Positions 10,293-19,111 are shown, counted from the first letter of the stretch. The stretch: DNA of 64,000 bases from a candidate division FCPU426 bacterium (GCA_040756875.1 JBFLYH010000003.1:1-64000), one strand, 5' to 3'. Numbers and translations are program-made. The notes: generated by a model not told the origin, from the sequence alone.

Positions 10293-11171
10293 TCACTTGC
10301 GCCAGGTGCGCCAACGGCGATGGCCCCAGAACCATTGTTCCGGATCAGCCCATACCCAACCGCCGATAATCCGGTTCATGGCGGCAACCGCCTGCGTGAC
10401 GGCATCGCGCTTTGATTCCGTCTGTTCCAAAACCAATTCGGGTTCGATCAGCACCTGCAATGAGCCGTCGGCCAGGCGCCTGCAGTGGAAAGGAATCAAA
10501 GGCGCACCGGTTCTGAGGGCCAAATTGGCCGCTCCCAGCGACGACCCGGCCGGTTTGCCCATAAAATCAACATACACACCGCCGGTTTCCACCTGGTCGA
10601 CCAGCATGCCCACGGTTCCCCCGGCTTTGATGTGCGACAGCATGTGATAGGCGCAAGCGTGCCGGGGATTGTCCGCGATCAATCCGATGCCCAGCCGGCC
10701 GACCAGCCAGCGATAGAGGCGCGAGATCGCGGGCTGAGACGGATCGCGAAAAAGGAATTTCAGATCGCAAAACGGAACCACGGCCGCAGCCATCAGGATG
10801 AAATTTCCCACATGGCCAGAAAAAAGGATAAGCCCCTTGTTCTTGGCCAAGGCAGTCCGCAGATGTTCCTCCCCTTCCACGCGCACCAGGCGGAATACCC
10901 TGCGGGGGGCGCCCGCTGCCTGCAGGCTTTCGATAAGCACGCCGCCCAGATGGGCGAAATTATCCTCCGCCAGCCGCTGCCGGGCTTCAGGCGACAGTTT
11001 TTCCTGGTAGATCATCTGCAGATTGTCCACTGCCACCTGCTTCCGGCTCGCCATGCGGCGAAACACCCTACGGCCCAGGAAACGGCCGAACGCCAGCACC
11101 CAGGCATGGGGCAACAATGCCAAAACGGCGATCAGCCCGCGGGTTATCAGCCAAAAAATAAAGTAGCGCAT
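10293..11171 (-). CDS. LpxL/HtrB-family (lipid A / lysophospholipid) acyltransferase
   Basis: N-terminal TM, VEGEEHL, FSGHVGNF, MLVDQ, VDFMGKPA, GAPLIP, PEQWFWGHRRW. Confidence 0.85.
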   Translation of the reverse strand: MRYFIFWLITRGLIAVLALLPHAWVLAFGRFLGRRVFRRMASRKQVAVDNLQMIYQEKLSPEARQRLAEDNFAHLGGVLIESLQAAGAPRRVFRLVRVEGEEHLRTALAKNKGLILFSGHVGNFILMAAAVVPFCDLKFLFRDPSQPAISRLYRWLVGRLGIGLIADNPRHACAYHMLSHIKAGGTVGMLVDQVETGGVYVDFMGKPAGSSLGAANLALRTGAPLIPFHCRRLADGSLQVLIEPELVLEQTESKRDAVTQAVAAMNRIIGGWVWADPEQWFWGHRRWRTWRK

Positions 11172-11177
11172 ATACCG

Positions 11178-12332
11178 TCAGCTCCTTGTGAACACATGGG
11201 CGTGATTGTCGCCAAAATGATCGGTGGTGACCGAAAGCACCACCTCGCCGTCAAATCCGCCGGCCTCCGCGGGAATACGCACAGCCGGCAGGTCCGGATC
11301 AGGAACATGCCAGGGCGAGGCCGGCCAGCGCCGGGTCTGCAGCGCCAGGCAGGCACAGACCGCGCCCATGGCCTCGGCGGCGCCGCTGACATATCCGGTC
11401 AATCCGGAAAAAGCGTAGAGGGGAACGGCCGCCAGGCCCTTGCCAAACACCGCGTCCAGGGCGAGGGCCAATCTGCGGTCCTCGTCAACCAGTCCGCTGG
11501 CAGAAACCACGATCCCCCGGACATGACCGGGCTCCAGCCCGGCCCGCTCCAGCGCCAACTGTACGGCGCGTTGCAATTCACGGCCCTGCGGGTCCAGGGT
11601 GTCGAACCCCCGGGCGTCATACGTGCTGGCGTGCGCCCGGTAACGGGCGATGACCCGCGCTTTTCGCCCGCGGGCCCGTTCGCCGGGTTCCAAAAACAAA
11701 CCGGCCGCGCCTTCGCCCAGACGGCAGCCGTTGCGCCCGAGGCTCAGGGGGCGCGGAACCCCGTCCGCCCACTGCGCCACGGTCTGGCGTTGCGGCCCGG
11801 CGGCTTCCTCCAGGCCTGTGGCCAGCATGGCATCGGCGCGGCCCAGGCATAAGGCATCGAACGCCTCGGCCAGCGAACCGCTGCCGCACGTCGTGTTGTT
11901 ATGCCCGCGCAAGCCGGTTTCCAGGCAGGCGAATCCGGCGCTGGCGTTCAGCACTGTGCTGGGAAACTCCATGGGATTGGCCCGCTGCGGCCCGTGCGCA
12001 AACACCCGCCGGCTGAATTTCAAAATGCTGTCCAAGGTGCCTAAATTCGTGCTGCTGCACAATCCCACCCGGTCCGGATCAGGCACTGCCCCTGGGCCCA
12101 GGCCGGCCATGAGCTTGAGAATCATGACCGTCAGCATTTGGGACATGCGGTCCATGCGCCGCACGTGATCCTCCGGGATGAGCTCCTCGGGGGTAAAGGG
12201 GGCCAGCGGCACCACGCCCGGCGCCTCAATGGTCAGTTGGGGGGCGCGGCACGCCCAGGCCCAAAAATCCTCGGGGGTCTGGCCGGCTTGATGGAGCATG
12301 CCCAGTCCGGTGACCACCAGTTCCGGGGTCAT
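11178..12332 (-). CDS. Ketosynthase-like protein lacking catalytic His motifs (chain-length-factor/FabF2-like)
   Basis: KS fold motifs RRMDRMSQM, NPMEFPSTVLNASAG, GEGAAGLFLE; HGTGT replaced by SASGL and GH replaced by GY; ATGA overlap with upstream KS. Confidence 0.8.
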   Translation of the reverse strand: MTPELVVTGLGMLHQAGQTPEDFWAWACRAPQLTIEAPGVVPLAPFTPEELIPEDHVRRMDRMSQMLTVMILKLMAGLGPGAVPDPDRVGLCSSTNLGTLDSILKFSRRVFAHGPQRANPMEFPSTVLNASAGFACLETGLRGHNNTTCGSGSLAEAFDALCLGRADAMLATGLEEAAGPQRQTVAQWADGVPRPLSLGRNGCRLGEGAAGLFLEPGERARGRKARVIARYRAHASTYDARGFDTLDPQGRELQRAVQLALERAGLEPGHVRGIVVSASGLVDEDRRLALALDAVFGKGLAAVPLYAFSGLTGYVSGAAEAMGAVCACLALQTRRWPASPWHVPDPDLPAVRIPAEAGGFDGEVVLSVTTDHFGDNHAHVFTRS

Positions 12333-13558
12333 TTCCCTCCCTCCAAACCGAAAATCAGGCTGACGTTGTTGCCCGCAAAGCCGAAGGAATTGGAAAGCAC
12401 GGTCTTGACCGCCAGGAGCCGGGCTTGGTTGGGCACGTAATCCAGGTCGCACTCCGGGTCCCCGGGCGTGAAATTCAACGTGGGTGGAAGCATGCCCTGG
12501 AGCAGGGTCAGGACCGAAGCCACGGCTTCCACCGCTCCGGCCGCACCCATGCAGTGCCCCACCGCCGCCTTGATGGAAGAGAGCGGAAGGCGTCGGGCCC
12601 GTTCCCCGAAAACGCGTTTAACGGCCAGGGTCTCCATGCGGTCGTTCTGCGGAGTCCCGGTCCCATGGGTGTTGATGTAGTCAATGCGCTCCGGCGGCAA
12701 GCCGGCGTCCGCCAGTGCGGCGCGCATGGCCAGCTCGGCTCCCTTCCCTTCCGGATCAGGCGCCGTGATATGGTGCGCGTCATCCGAGAGTCCGGTGCCG
12801 GCCAGCACGGCCAAAGGCTTGGCGCCGCGGGCCAGGGCGGTCTCACGCGCCTCCAGGATCAGGATGCCGCTGCCTTCACCGATCACCAATCCTTCGCGGT
12901 TGGGGGAAAACGGCCGGCAAGCGGTCGCGGCGGCCGAACGCATGGCGTTGAACCCGGAAAAAGTGTCCTGGCTGAAGGCATCCGCCCCCCCGGTGACCAC
13001 GGCATCCGCGTAGCCCAGGCGGATCAAATCGCCGGCCCGGCTGATGGCCGTCCCCGAGGAGGCGCAAGCCGGACATGGCGTGGCCACGGGACCGCGAAAC
13101 CCGAACAACGAAGCGATGTACCGGGACAGGCTGGACAGGATAAAGACCGGATAGGTCGCTAAAATATCCAGGGGGCGCCCCTGCCGGATTTCACCGGCCA
13201 CGGCTTGCTCCAGGGTTAAAATGCCTCCCTGCAGCGTGCCGATGACCACGGCCGTCCGTTCTGCGGGCAGCGTTCCTCCGGCCTGCTCCACCGCTTCGCG
13301 GCAGGCGCTCACCGCCAAGTCGTACACACGGTCCGGATGTCCGGTTTCAGGCAATGCCTCCCGGATTTCGCAGCCCAGGTGGGTCCGCCACTCCGTAGCG
13401 TCAAAGCTCGCCACCGGCCCCACGGCCGATTCGGCGGCGATCAAACGCCTCCAAAATTCGCGGGCATTGGGGCCCAGACCCGTGACTGCGCCTAAACCGG
13501 TGATGACCACGGCGCGGTCGGAACGTCGGTCAAGAGCAGGATGGGAAAGTGAATTCAT
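12329..13558 (-). CDS. Beta-ketoacyl-ACP synthase (FabF-like, intact Cys-His-His)
   Basis: VVITGLGAV, PACASSG, CRPFS, DAHHITAP, THGTGT, KAAVGHCMGAAG, SNSFGFAG. Confidence 0.92.
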   Translation of the reverse strand: MNSLSHPALDRRSDRAVVITGLGAVTGLGPNAREFWRRLIAAESAVGPVASFDATEWRTHLGCEIREALPETGHPDRVYDLAVSACREAVEQAGGTLPAERTAVVIGTLQGGILTLEQAVAGEIRQGRPLDILATYPVFILSSLSRYIASLFGFRGPVATPCPACASSGTAISRAGDLIRLGYADAVVTGGADAFSQDTFSGFNAMRSAAATACRPFSPNREGLVIGEGSGILILEARETALARGAKPLAVLAGTGLSDDAHHITAPDPEGKGAELAMRAALADAGLPPERIDYINTHGTGTPQNDRMETLAVKRVFGERARRLPLSSIKAAVGHCMGAAGAVEAVASVLTLLQGMLPPTLNFTPGDPECDLDYVPNQARLLAVKTVLSNSFGFAGNNVSLIFGLEGGK

Positions 13559-13595
13559 GGCTGTTGGCTGACGGAGGCGCGGACGCGACCCGGGC

Positions 13596-13865
13596 TCATG
13601 CGCCCGGCTGGCTTTGCCCTTTTTTACGCTGCAGAAACGCGGCGATCGCGTTGACGGAATTAAGCTGTTGCACTTCCTCGTCCTGGATGCGAAGGTCAAA
13701 CTGCTCCTCCAAAACCGTCACCAGGGTCAGGATATCCACTGAATCGAGGTTAAGACCTCCGCCGAAGAAGGAATCACCGTCCGGGATGCTTTCGGGTTCG
13801 CGTTTGAGTTTCAAGCCTTCGATCAGAACCCGTTTGATTTTGGTTTTAAGTTCCTGCTCGGACAT
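13596..13865 (-). CDS. Acyl carrier protein
   Basis: GLNLDSVDIL phosphopantetheine Ser motif, LEEQFDLRI; 89 aa. Confidence 0.9.
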   Translation of the reverse strand: MSEQELKTKIKRVLIEGLKLKREPESIPDGDSFFGGGLNLDSVDILTLVTVLEEQFDLRIQDEEVQQLNSVNAIAAFLQRKKGQSQPGA

Positions 13866-15021
13866 CCCCGTTTTCCTCCCCTGGCTTGCGCGTCTCCGCA
13901 CCCAATGATCCTAGCAACCGGTTGGCCAACGCGTCCAGCAGAAATTCATCCGATCCTTCCACCAGGCTGAAGACGCGCGCTTGGCGGAACCACCGTTCCC
14001 AGGGATGGCCCTGCAGGTAGCCTGTTCCCCCGGCCAGTTGCAAAGCCCGGTTCGCCACGTTCAGCGCGGCCCGGCTGGCGTAAATCTTGGCCAGAGCCAC
14101 CGCCTGATTCCGTTCCTCGCCGCCTTCGGCCCATTGCCGCCACGCTTCATTTATCAATCCCCGGCAGGCTTCCACGTCCAGTTTCATTTCGGCCAGCGCA
14201 AATTGAACGGTCTGCCAATCCGCCAGCCGTCCGCTCCCGCGCGGCTGCCGCGCGTGGCGGACCGAAGCTTCAAGCATGGTCTGGCTCATGGCTAGGGCCA
14301 CCGTGCCGACGCACAACCGGCCGAGTTGCAGCCCTTCGTTAGCGATCTTCAACCCCCAGCCCGGCCTGCCCAGCATCTCCTCGGCACCCACTCGCACTTC
14401 GTCGAGAAAAACATCTGCCAGCACCAAGCCGGGAAACGCCATCTTCGCCCTGGGCGGGCTGAAACGCACGCCCTTCCGGTCTTTGGGGATTAAAAACACC
14501 GCAGGCCGGCTGGCATGCTCATCGCGTTGAAGCGTGGCCGCCACCAGATAATAATCCGCCACACCGGCCAGGGAGATCAAGTTTTTTTCCCCGGAAAGAA
14601 CATACCCGTCCCCTGCCGGAAGGGCGCGGGTGACGAACCCCCCGGAATCCCGCGCTTTGAGTTCCGAGTAAGCGAACGCGCACAGCGCCTCGCCGCGGAT
14701 CAACCGCGGCAGCAGGTCCTCAATCATCCGTCCCTGCCCATGGCTGGCCACCAAGTGCGTGGTAAATACGGGAATTCCCATGACCACAGCCAAGGTCGGC
14801 GACAACAAGCCCACCTGAAAGATCAGGTCCCTGAGCACTTCGCACGACAAACCCCATCCGCCCTGGGTTTCGGGGATGGCTACGCCAAACGCCCGTTCAG
14901 CCCCCAAAACAGCCAGATAATCGCGCGGAAAGGATTCGGCGGTTTCTATAGTTTCGGCAAAGGGGGCGATGTGTGTCTGCAGGTACTGCCGGGCATGGGC
15001 GAGAAACTCAGTCGGTTGCAT
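13846..15021 (-). CDS. Acyl-CoA/acyl-ACP dehydrogenase family protein
   Basis: AFAYSE, YVLSGEKNLIS, QTVQFALAEM, QLAGGTGY, RVFSLVEGSDE (catalytic Glu position). Confidence 0.9.
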   Translation of the reverse strand: MQPTEFLAHARQYLQTHIAPFAETIETAESFPRDYLAVLGAERAFGVAIPETQGGWGLSCEVLRDLIFQVGLLSPTLAVVMGIPVFTTHLVASHGQGRMIEDLLPRLIRGEALCAFAYSELKARDSGGFVTRALPAGDGYVLSGEKNLISLAGVADYYLVAATLQRDEHASRPAVFLIPKDRKGVRFSPPRAKMAFPGLVLADVFLDEVRVGAEEMLGRPGWGLKIANEGLQLGRLCVGTVALAMSQTMLEASVRHARQPRGSGRLADWQTVQFALAEMKLDVEACRGLINEAWRQWAEGGEERNQAVALAKIYASRAALNVANRALQLAGGTGYLQGHPWERWFRQARVFSLVEGSDEFLLDALANRLLGSLGAETRKPGEENGDVRAGT

Positions 15022-15054
15022 GGGTTTTACCAACGATCCGACCCGGATGAGAAG

Positions 15055-15129
15055 TGGAGCGGGGGACGGGGTTCGAACCCGCGACGTTCAGCTTGGAAGG
15101 CTGACATTCTGCCACTGAATTACCCCCGC
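15055..15129 (-). tRNA. tRNA-Gly (TCC)
   Basis: GCGGGGG...TCAGC-CTTCCAA-GCTGA...TTCGAAC...CCCCCGCTCCA. Confidence 0.97.
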
Positions 15130-15248
15130 GTAAAGTGCCTACGGTCTAAGTATAGCAGAAGGGCGAATTGAATAACTCGCCCCAAAAGGATATTTGAGTA
15201 CTAATCGGATAGGCGAAAAGGCTTATAACTGTGCCGACTTGAGAAATA

Positions 15249-15345
15249 GATCAATAGGGCAATAGACCGCAATGGAATCTTCTTTCTATTGCTCTATTTT
15301 CTATTGTTCCATTGCTCTGCCTTTTTCGCCTCCGGCGAAAAAGGC
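15249..15345 (-). repeat. tRNA-trailer structured repeat, copy after tRNA-Tyr
   Basis: GATCAATA/GGGCAATA/GACCGCAAT units versus TATTGCTC units, plus GCCTTTTTCGCC/GGCGAAAAAGGC hairpin. Confidence 0.75.
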
Positions 15346-15432
15346 TGGTGGACAGGGAAGGATTTGAACCTTCGTAGGGCAGTGCCCGACAGATTTACAG
15401 TCTGTTGCCATTGACCGCTCGGCCACCTGTCC
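15346..15432 (-). tRNA. tRNA-Tyr (GTA)
   Basis: GGACAGG...ACAGA-CTGTAAA-TCTGT, long variable arm, ...CCTGTCCACCA. Confidence 0.97.
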
Positions 15433-15629
15433 ACAAGGGTGGAGCCCCCCGGCGACCGCAGGAAGTCCCTTTAGAGAGCGGGCCCGGGGCACCTATCCTG
15501 CCATGCGTATTAAGCATGGCAGGCGGCGACATCCCCGCAGCAGGAGATTGGCATTCCTCCTGCGAAGGGGGTAGATAGTTTATCCAAAGCTTAAAAGCCT
15601 GTAAAGGCTAATTTTCAGGCCTGTTTACT

Positions 15630-15657
15630 GCAGGGGCGTTTAATTGAACGCCCTTAC
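15630..15657. repeat. REP-like palindrome copy 2
   Basis: GCAGGGGCGTTTAATTGAACGCCCTTAC. Confidence 0.8.
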
Positions 15658-15666
15658 AAGAAACCT

Positions 15667-15762
15667 GATCAGTTGAGCAGTTGACCGCAGTCGAGCTTTT
15701 TCTACTGTTCACCTGTTCCACTGCTCGACTGCTCTGCAAATTTTCGCTTTGCGAAAATTTGC
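15667..15762 (-). repeat. tRNA-trailer structured repeat, copy after the duplicated tRNA-Thr(UGU) 3' end
   Basis: GATCAGTT-GAGCAGTT-GACCGCAGT versus ACTGCTC units, plus perfect 12-bp hairpin GCAAATTTTCGC/GCGAAAATTTGC. Confidence 0.75.
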
Positions 15763-15777
15763 TGGAGCCACCGGTCG
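15762..15777 (-). repeat. Exact 16-bp duplicate of tRNA-Thr(UGU) 3' end (att-like)
   Basis: CTGGAGCCACCGGTCG at 15762-15777 and 15862-15877. Confidence 0.85.
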
Positions 15778-15862
15778 CCCCGCCTGCGCGGGACTCCCTA
15801 AGATAAATCGCGGACCCGAAGTTATATACTGCAAACGGCATTCTTACTTTCGCGAGTTATTC

Positions 15863-15937
15863 TGGAGCCACCGGTCGGAATCGGACCGACGACCATCCGC
15901 TTACAAGGCGGGAGCTCTACCACTGAGCTACGGTGGC
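15863..15937 (-). tRNA. tRNA-Thr (TGT)
   Basis: GCCACCG...CCGC-CTTGTAA-GCGG...T-loop TCCGATT...CGGTGGCTCCA. Confidence 0.93.
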
Positions 15938-15950
15938 TCGTTTTTCCGTT

Positions 15951-16712
15951 CTATACCCTATGGGTCATTCGCTGGCGTTCGGTCTCGAATAAAGCCACGC
16001 CTGCGGCCACGGCCGCGTTCAGCGAGGCGGTTTTTCCCTTCAGGGGGATGCGTACCAGCAGATCGCAGGCTTCGCGCGTCAGGCGCCGCAGGCCCCGGCC
16101 TTCATTCCCAATGACCAGGGCCAGCGGACGCCGCAGGTCCGCCTCCCAGATCGTTTGACCGGCGCCCGCGTCCAAGCCGACGACCCAAAGGCCGGCGGCC
16201 TTGATATCTCCCAGCGCCTGCTGCAGATTCCCCACCCGCGCCAGAGGAAGATGGGCCAGCGCGCCGCCGGCCGCTTTTTCGGTCACCGGCGTCCGCTGCG
16301 CGCTGCGGCGCTGGGTGATGACCAGCCCCTGGCTGCCTGCGGCTTCGGCGCAGCGGGCGATGGCGCCCAGGTTGCGCGGATCCTCGATTTCATCGGTGAC
16401 TACCAGCAACGCCTGGCTTCCCTGCTCCCGGCACTGGTCCAAAACATCCGCTAATTCGGCGTACTCGGCCCGCCGCAGGCACGCCATAACGCCCTGGCTG
16501 GGCAAGGCGCCGGACAACTTGTCCAGATGGCGGCGTTCCAGCCATTCCACCTCGACGCCCTGGGCCGCGGCTGCGGCCGCGATTTCCTGCATGATCGCTC
16601 CGTGGGTGCCCCGGGCCAACAGCACTTTTTCAACGGCATGGTCCTGGGCCCGCAGCGCTTCCAGCACCGCCCTGCGGCCGACCAAACGGGCCCACTGATC
16701 CGCGCGGTTCAT
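15951..16712 (-). CDS. rlmB: 23S rRNA Gm2251 methyltransferase (SpoU family)
   Basis: DPRNLGAIAR, IGNEGRG, IPLKGKTASLNAAVA. Confidence 0.93.
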   Translation of the reverse strand: MNRADQWARLVGRRAVLEALRAQDHAVEKVLLARGTHGAIMQEIAAAAAAQGVEVEWLERRHLDKLSGALPSQGVMACLRRAEYAELADVLDQCREQGSQALLVVTDEIEDPRNLGAIARCAEAAGSQGLVITQRRSAQRTPVTEKAAGGALAHLPLARVGNLQQALGDIKAAGLWVVGLDAGAGQTIWEADLRRPLALVIGNEGRGLRRLTREACDLLVRIPLKGKTASLNAAVAAGVALFETERQRMTHRV

Positions 16713-18169
16713 GCCGTACCGCCGGCAGCGCCCGGTGTGGACGGCTCGTCCGCGGCGCGCAGCACCAGGGTGCCGAAGGGCGTATCCTCGAGCAAAAAGC
16801 CGCGTTCCGCGATCCGGTCACGCAGCCGGTCGGATTCCGCCCATTCCCGGCGTTCGCGGGCGGCGCGGCGGTCTTCCACCCATTGCCGGACCTCGAGGGG
16901 GACGTCCACCGATTCCGCCGTCAGCCCCAGGACGTCCAGCATGTCCCGCAAATTATCCCGGACCTTTTGGAGCGTGGAAAACATTTTGAAAGTCCTGTCG
17001 GGCCGCCGGGCCAGCACCTGCTTGCTGCGGTTGGCCAGGGTGTATATCTGTCCGAGCGCGCCGGCGGTATTTAAATCATCGTCCAGAGCGGCCTCGAAAT
17101 GCTCCACGATGCCGTTGCGTTCCTGTTCCAAACGGTCGGCGGCGTCGTCCGCCCGGTAGTCTTCCGCGGCCGGGGTCCGTAACAGCTCATTCAACCGTTC
17201 CACGGTCCGCAGCAACTCGGCATGGCCCTGACGCGCGGCATCCAGGTTCTCCGGAGTCAGATCCAGCGGGCTGCGGTAGTGGGCCCCCAACAGAAAGATC
17301 CTCAGCACCGCGGCCGGATGGGTGCGCAGCACCTCCCGCGTGATCCAAAAATTTCCCAGCGACTTTGACATTTTCTCCCCCCGGATCTGGAGGTGTCCGT
17401 TGTGCAGCCAGTAACGCGCCAAGGGTTTGCCCGTGGCGCCTTCGCTTTGGGCGTTTTCATTTTCATGATGGGGGAAAACCAGGTCCTCGCCCCCGCCGTG
17501 GATGTCGAATTGCTCGCCCAGATACTTCATGGACATGGCCGAACACTCGATGTGCCATCCCGGCCGGCCCGGCCCCCAGGGCGAATCCCAGGCCGGTTCC
17601 CCTGGTTTGGCCGCTTTCCAGAGGGAAAAATCCAGCGGATCGCGCTTCAGGGGATTGACTTCCACGCGGGCGCCCTTCTCCAGTTCATCCAGCGGTTTGC
17701 CGGCCAAGGACCCGTAGCCCGGCAGGCTGCGCACCGAAAAAAACACGTCTCCGCCCGCCTGATAGGCGTGCCCCCGCTCGAACAGGCGCCCGATCAAAGC
17801 CAGCATCTCCGGAATATGTTCCGTGGCTTTGGGGCTGATATCAGCCGGCCGGCAGCCCAAAGCCTGCAGGTCTTCGAAAAAAGCCTGGGTAAAGGACTGA
17901 GCGACGGCTTGCGGCGAAGTGCCGGACTCCTTGGCCCGGCGGATGATTTTGTCGTCAACATCCGTGATGTTTTGAACGTACGTCACCTGATAGCCCCTGC
18001 GCTCCAAAACCCGGCGGAGGGTGTCGAAGACCACAAACGCCCGGGCATTGCCGACGTGAAAATAATCGTAGACCGTCGGCCCGCAGGCGTACATGCGCAC
18101 CTGGCCGGGGACCAGGGGCTTGAATTCCTCTTTAAGACGGGTCACGGTATTGTGAAGATATAGTGGCAT
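16709..18169 (-). CDS. cysS: Cysteine--tRNA ligase
   Basis: [30 protein letters not shown]. Confidence 0.99.
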   Translation of the reverse strand: MPLYLHNTVTRLKEEFKPLVPGQVRMYACGPTVYDYFHVGNARAFVVFDTLRRVLERRGYQVTYVQNITDVDDKIIRRAKESGTSPQAVAQSFTQAFFEDLQALGCRPADISPKATEHIPEMLALIGRLFERGHAYQAGGDVFFSVRSLPGYGSLAGKPLDELEKGARVEVNPLKRDPLDFSLWKAAKPGEPAWDSPWGPGRPGWHIECSAMSMKYLGEQFDIHGGGEDLVFPHHENENAQSEGATGKPLARYWLHNGHLQIRGEKMSKSLGNFWITREVLRTHPAAVLRIFLLGAHYRSPLDLTPENLDAARQGHAELLRTVERLNELLRTPAAEDYRADDAADRLEQERNGIVEHFEAALDDDLNTAGALGQIYTLANRSKQVLARRPDRTFKMFSTLQKVRDNLRDMLDVLGLTAESVDVPLEVRQWVEDRRAARERREWAESDRLRDRIAERGFLLEDTPFGTLVLRAADEPSTPGAAGGTA

Positions 18170-18311
18170 ATCCGGCTCCCGAGACAGTGAAAACGGGTTT
18201 GATTATAAACCGCGGCCTGCAACCGCGAAAAGCACTTTTTATCCATATAGAACCCCCCGGCATGCCCGGGGTGCCCCTTCCTGCTCTGCGTTTCTGCAGG
18301 GTAGTGGAAAT

Positions 18312-18341
18312 AAAAAAAGGGCAGGCCCGAAGGCCTGCCCT
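18312..18341 (-). terminator. Intrinsic terminator after rplQ
   Basis: AGGGCAGGCC-loop-GGCCTGCCCT plus U-tract. Confidence 0.85.
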
Positions 18342-18358
18342 GCGATTTCAAGCCAAAG

Positions 18359-19087
18359 TTACTTCGGCGTGTTGGGTTTCTTGGCCTGGGCGGCCGAATG
18401 CCCCTGCGGTTTTTGCTTCTCCTGCTTTTTACGGGCGCGTTCGGCGGCCTTGGTTTTTTTCTGATGTTCCTTCTCGGCCCGCCGCTCGGCAATGCGTTTT
18501 TCCTTTTCCGCATCCCGGGGCGTCCGTTTGGACGTTTCCTTGTCCTGGGTTTTGTCCTTTTTAGCGTCTTTCTTGGCCTCTTTCTTGGCGTCCTTCTTCG
18601 TGTCCTTCTTATCGGCTTTTTTAGCCTCTTTCTTTTCTTTGGCCTTTTTATCCTTGGCGCTCTTGGCCGCTTCGTCCGTTTCCTCGACTCTGATGATCTT
18701 GGTCAGCTGGCCCGGCAACTTGTCGCCGGGGATCCAATCCACCAGTTCGATGAAGGCCATGGGAGCGCCGTCCCCTGGCCGCGGGCCGATTTTAATGATG
18801 CGGGTGTATCCGCCCTGGCGCTGCTTGTACCATTCGACGATTTGGTCGAACAGGCGGTTCACGACGTCCTGGCGCGGAATAAAGGCCATGGCCTGCCTGC
18901 GGTGATGCAGGGTTCCGCGCTTGGCGAGCGTCACCATCCGCTCCACCAGCGGTTGCGCGGCCTTGGCCCGGGTAATGGTCGTTTTAATCCGGCCGTGCAA
19001 CAGCACAGCCTCAACCAACTGTCTCAGCATGGCCTTGCGGCGTTTGGTGGGCACGCCTAATTTTCGCCCGGCAGTACGATGTCTCAT
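18359..19087 (-). CDS. rplQ: 50S ribosomal protein L17 with long Lys-rich C-terminal tail
   Basis: MRHR...GGYTRIIK..PRPGDGAPMAFIELV then ~110 aa K/E/D/A-rich tail. Confidence 0.97.
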   Translation of the reverse strand: MRHRTAGRKLGVPTKRRKAMLRQLVEAVLLHGRIKTTITRAKAAQPLVERMVTLAKRGTLHHRRQAMAFIPRQDVVNRLFDQIVEWYKQRQGGYTRIIKIGPRPGDGAPMAFIELVDWIPGDKLPGQLTKIIRVEETDEAAKSAKDKKAKEKKEAKKADKKDTKKDAKKEAKKDAKKDKTQDKETSKRTPRDAEKEKRIAERRAEKEHQKKTKAAERARKKQEKQKPQGHSAAQAKKPNTPK

Positions 19088-19111
19088 GGGTTCAACCTTT
19101 CAGGGTCAGTA

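Noticed and set aside
10293-15054. Lipid cassette as an active integrative island or prophage
   Set aside because: No integrase, phage genes or duplicated tRNA-Gly 3' end visible
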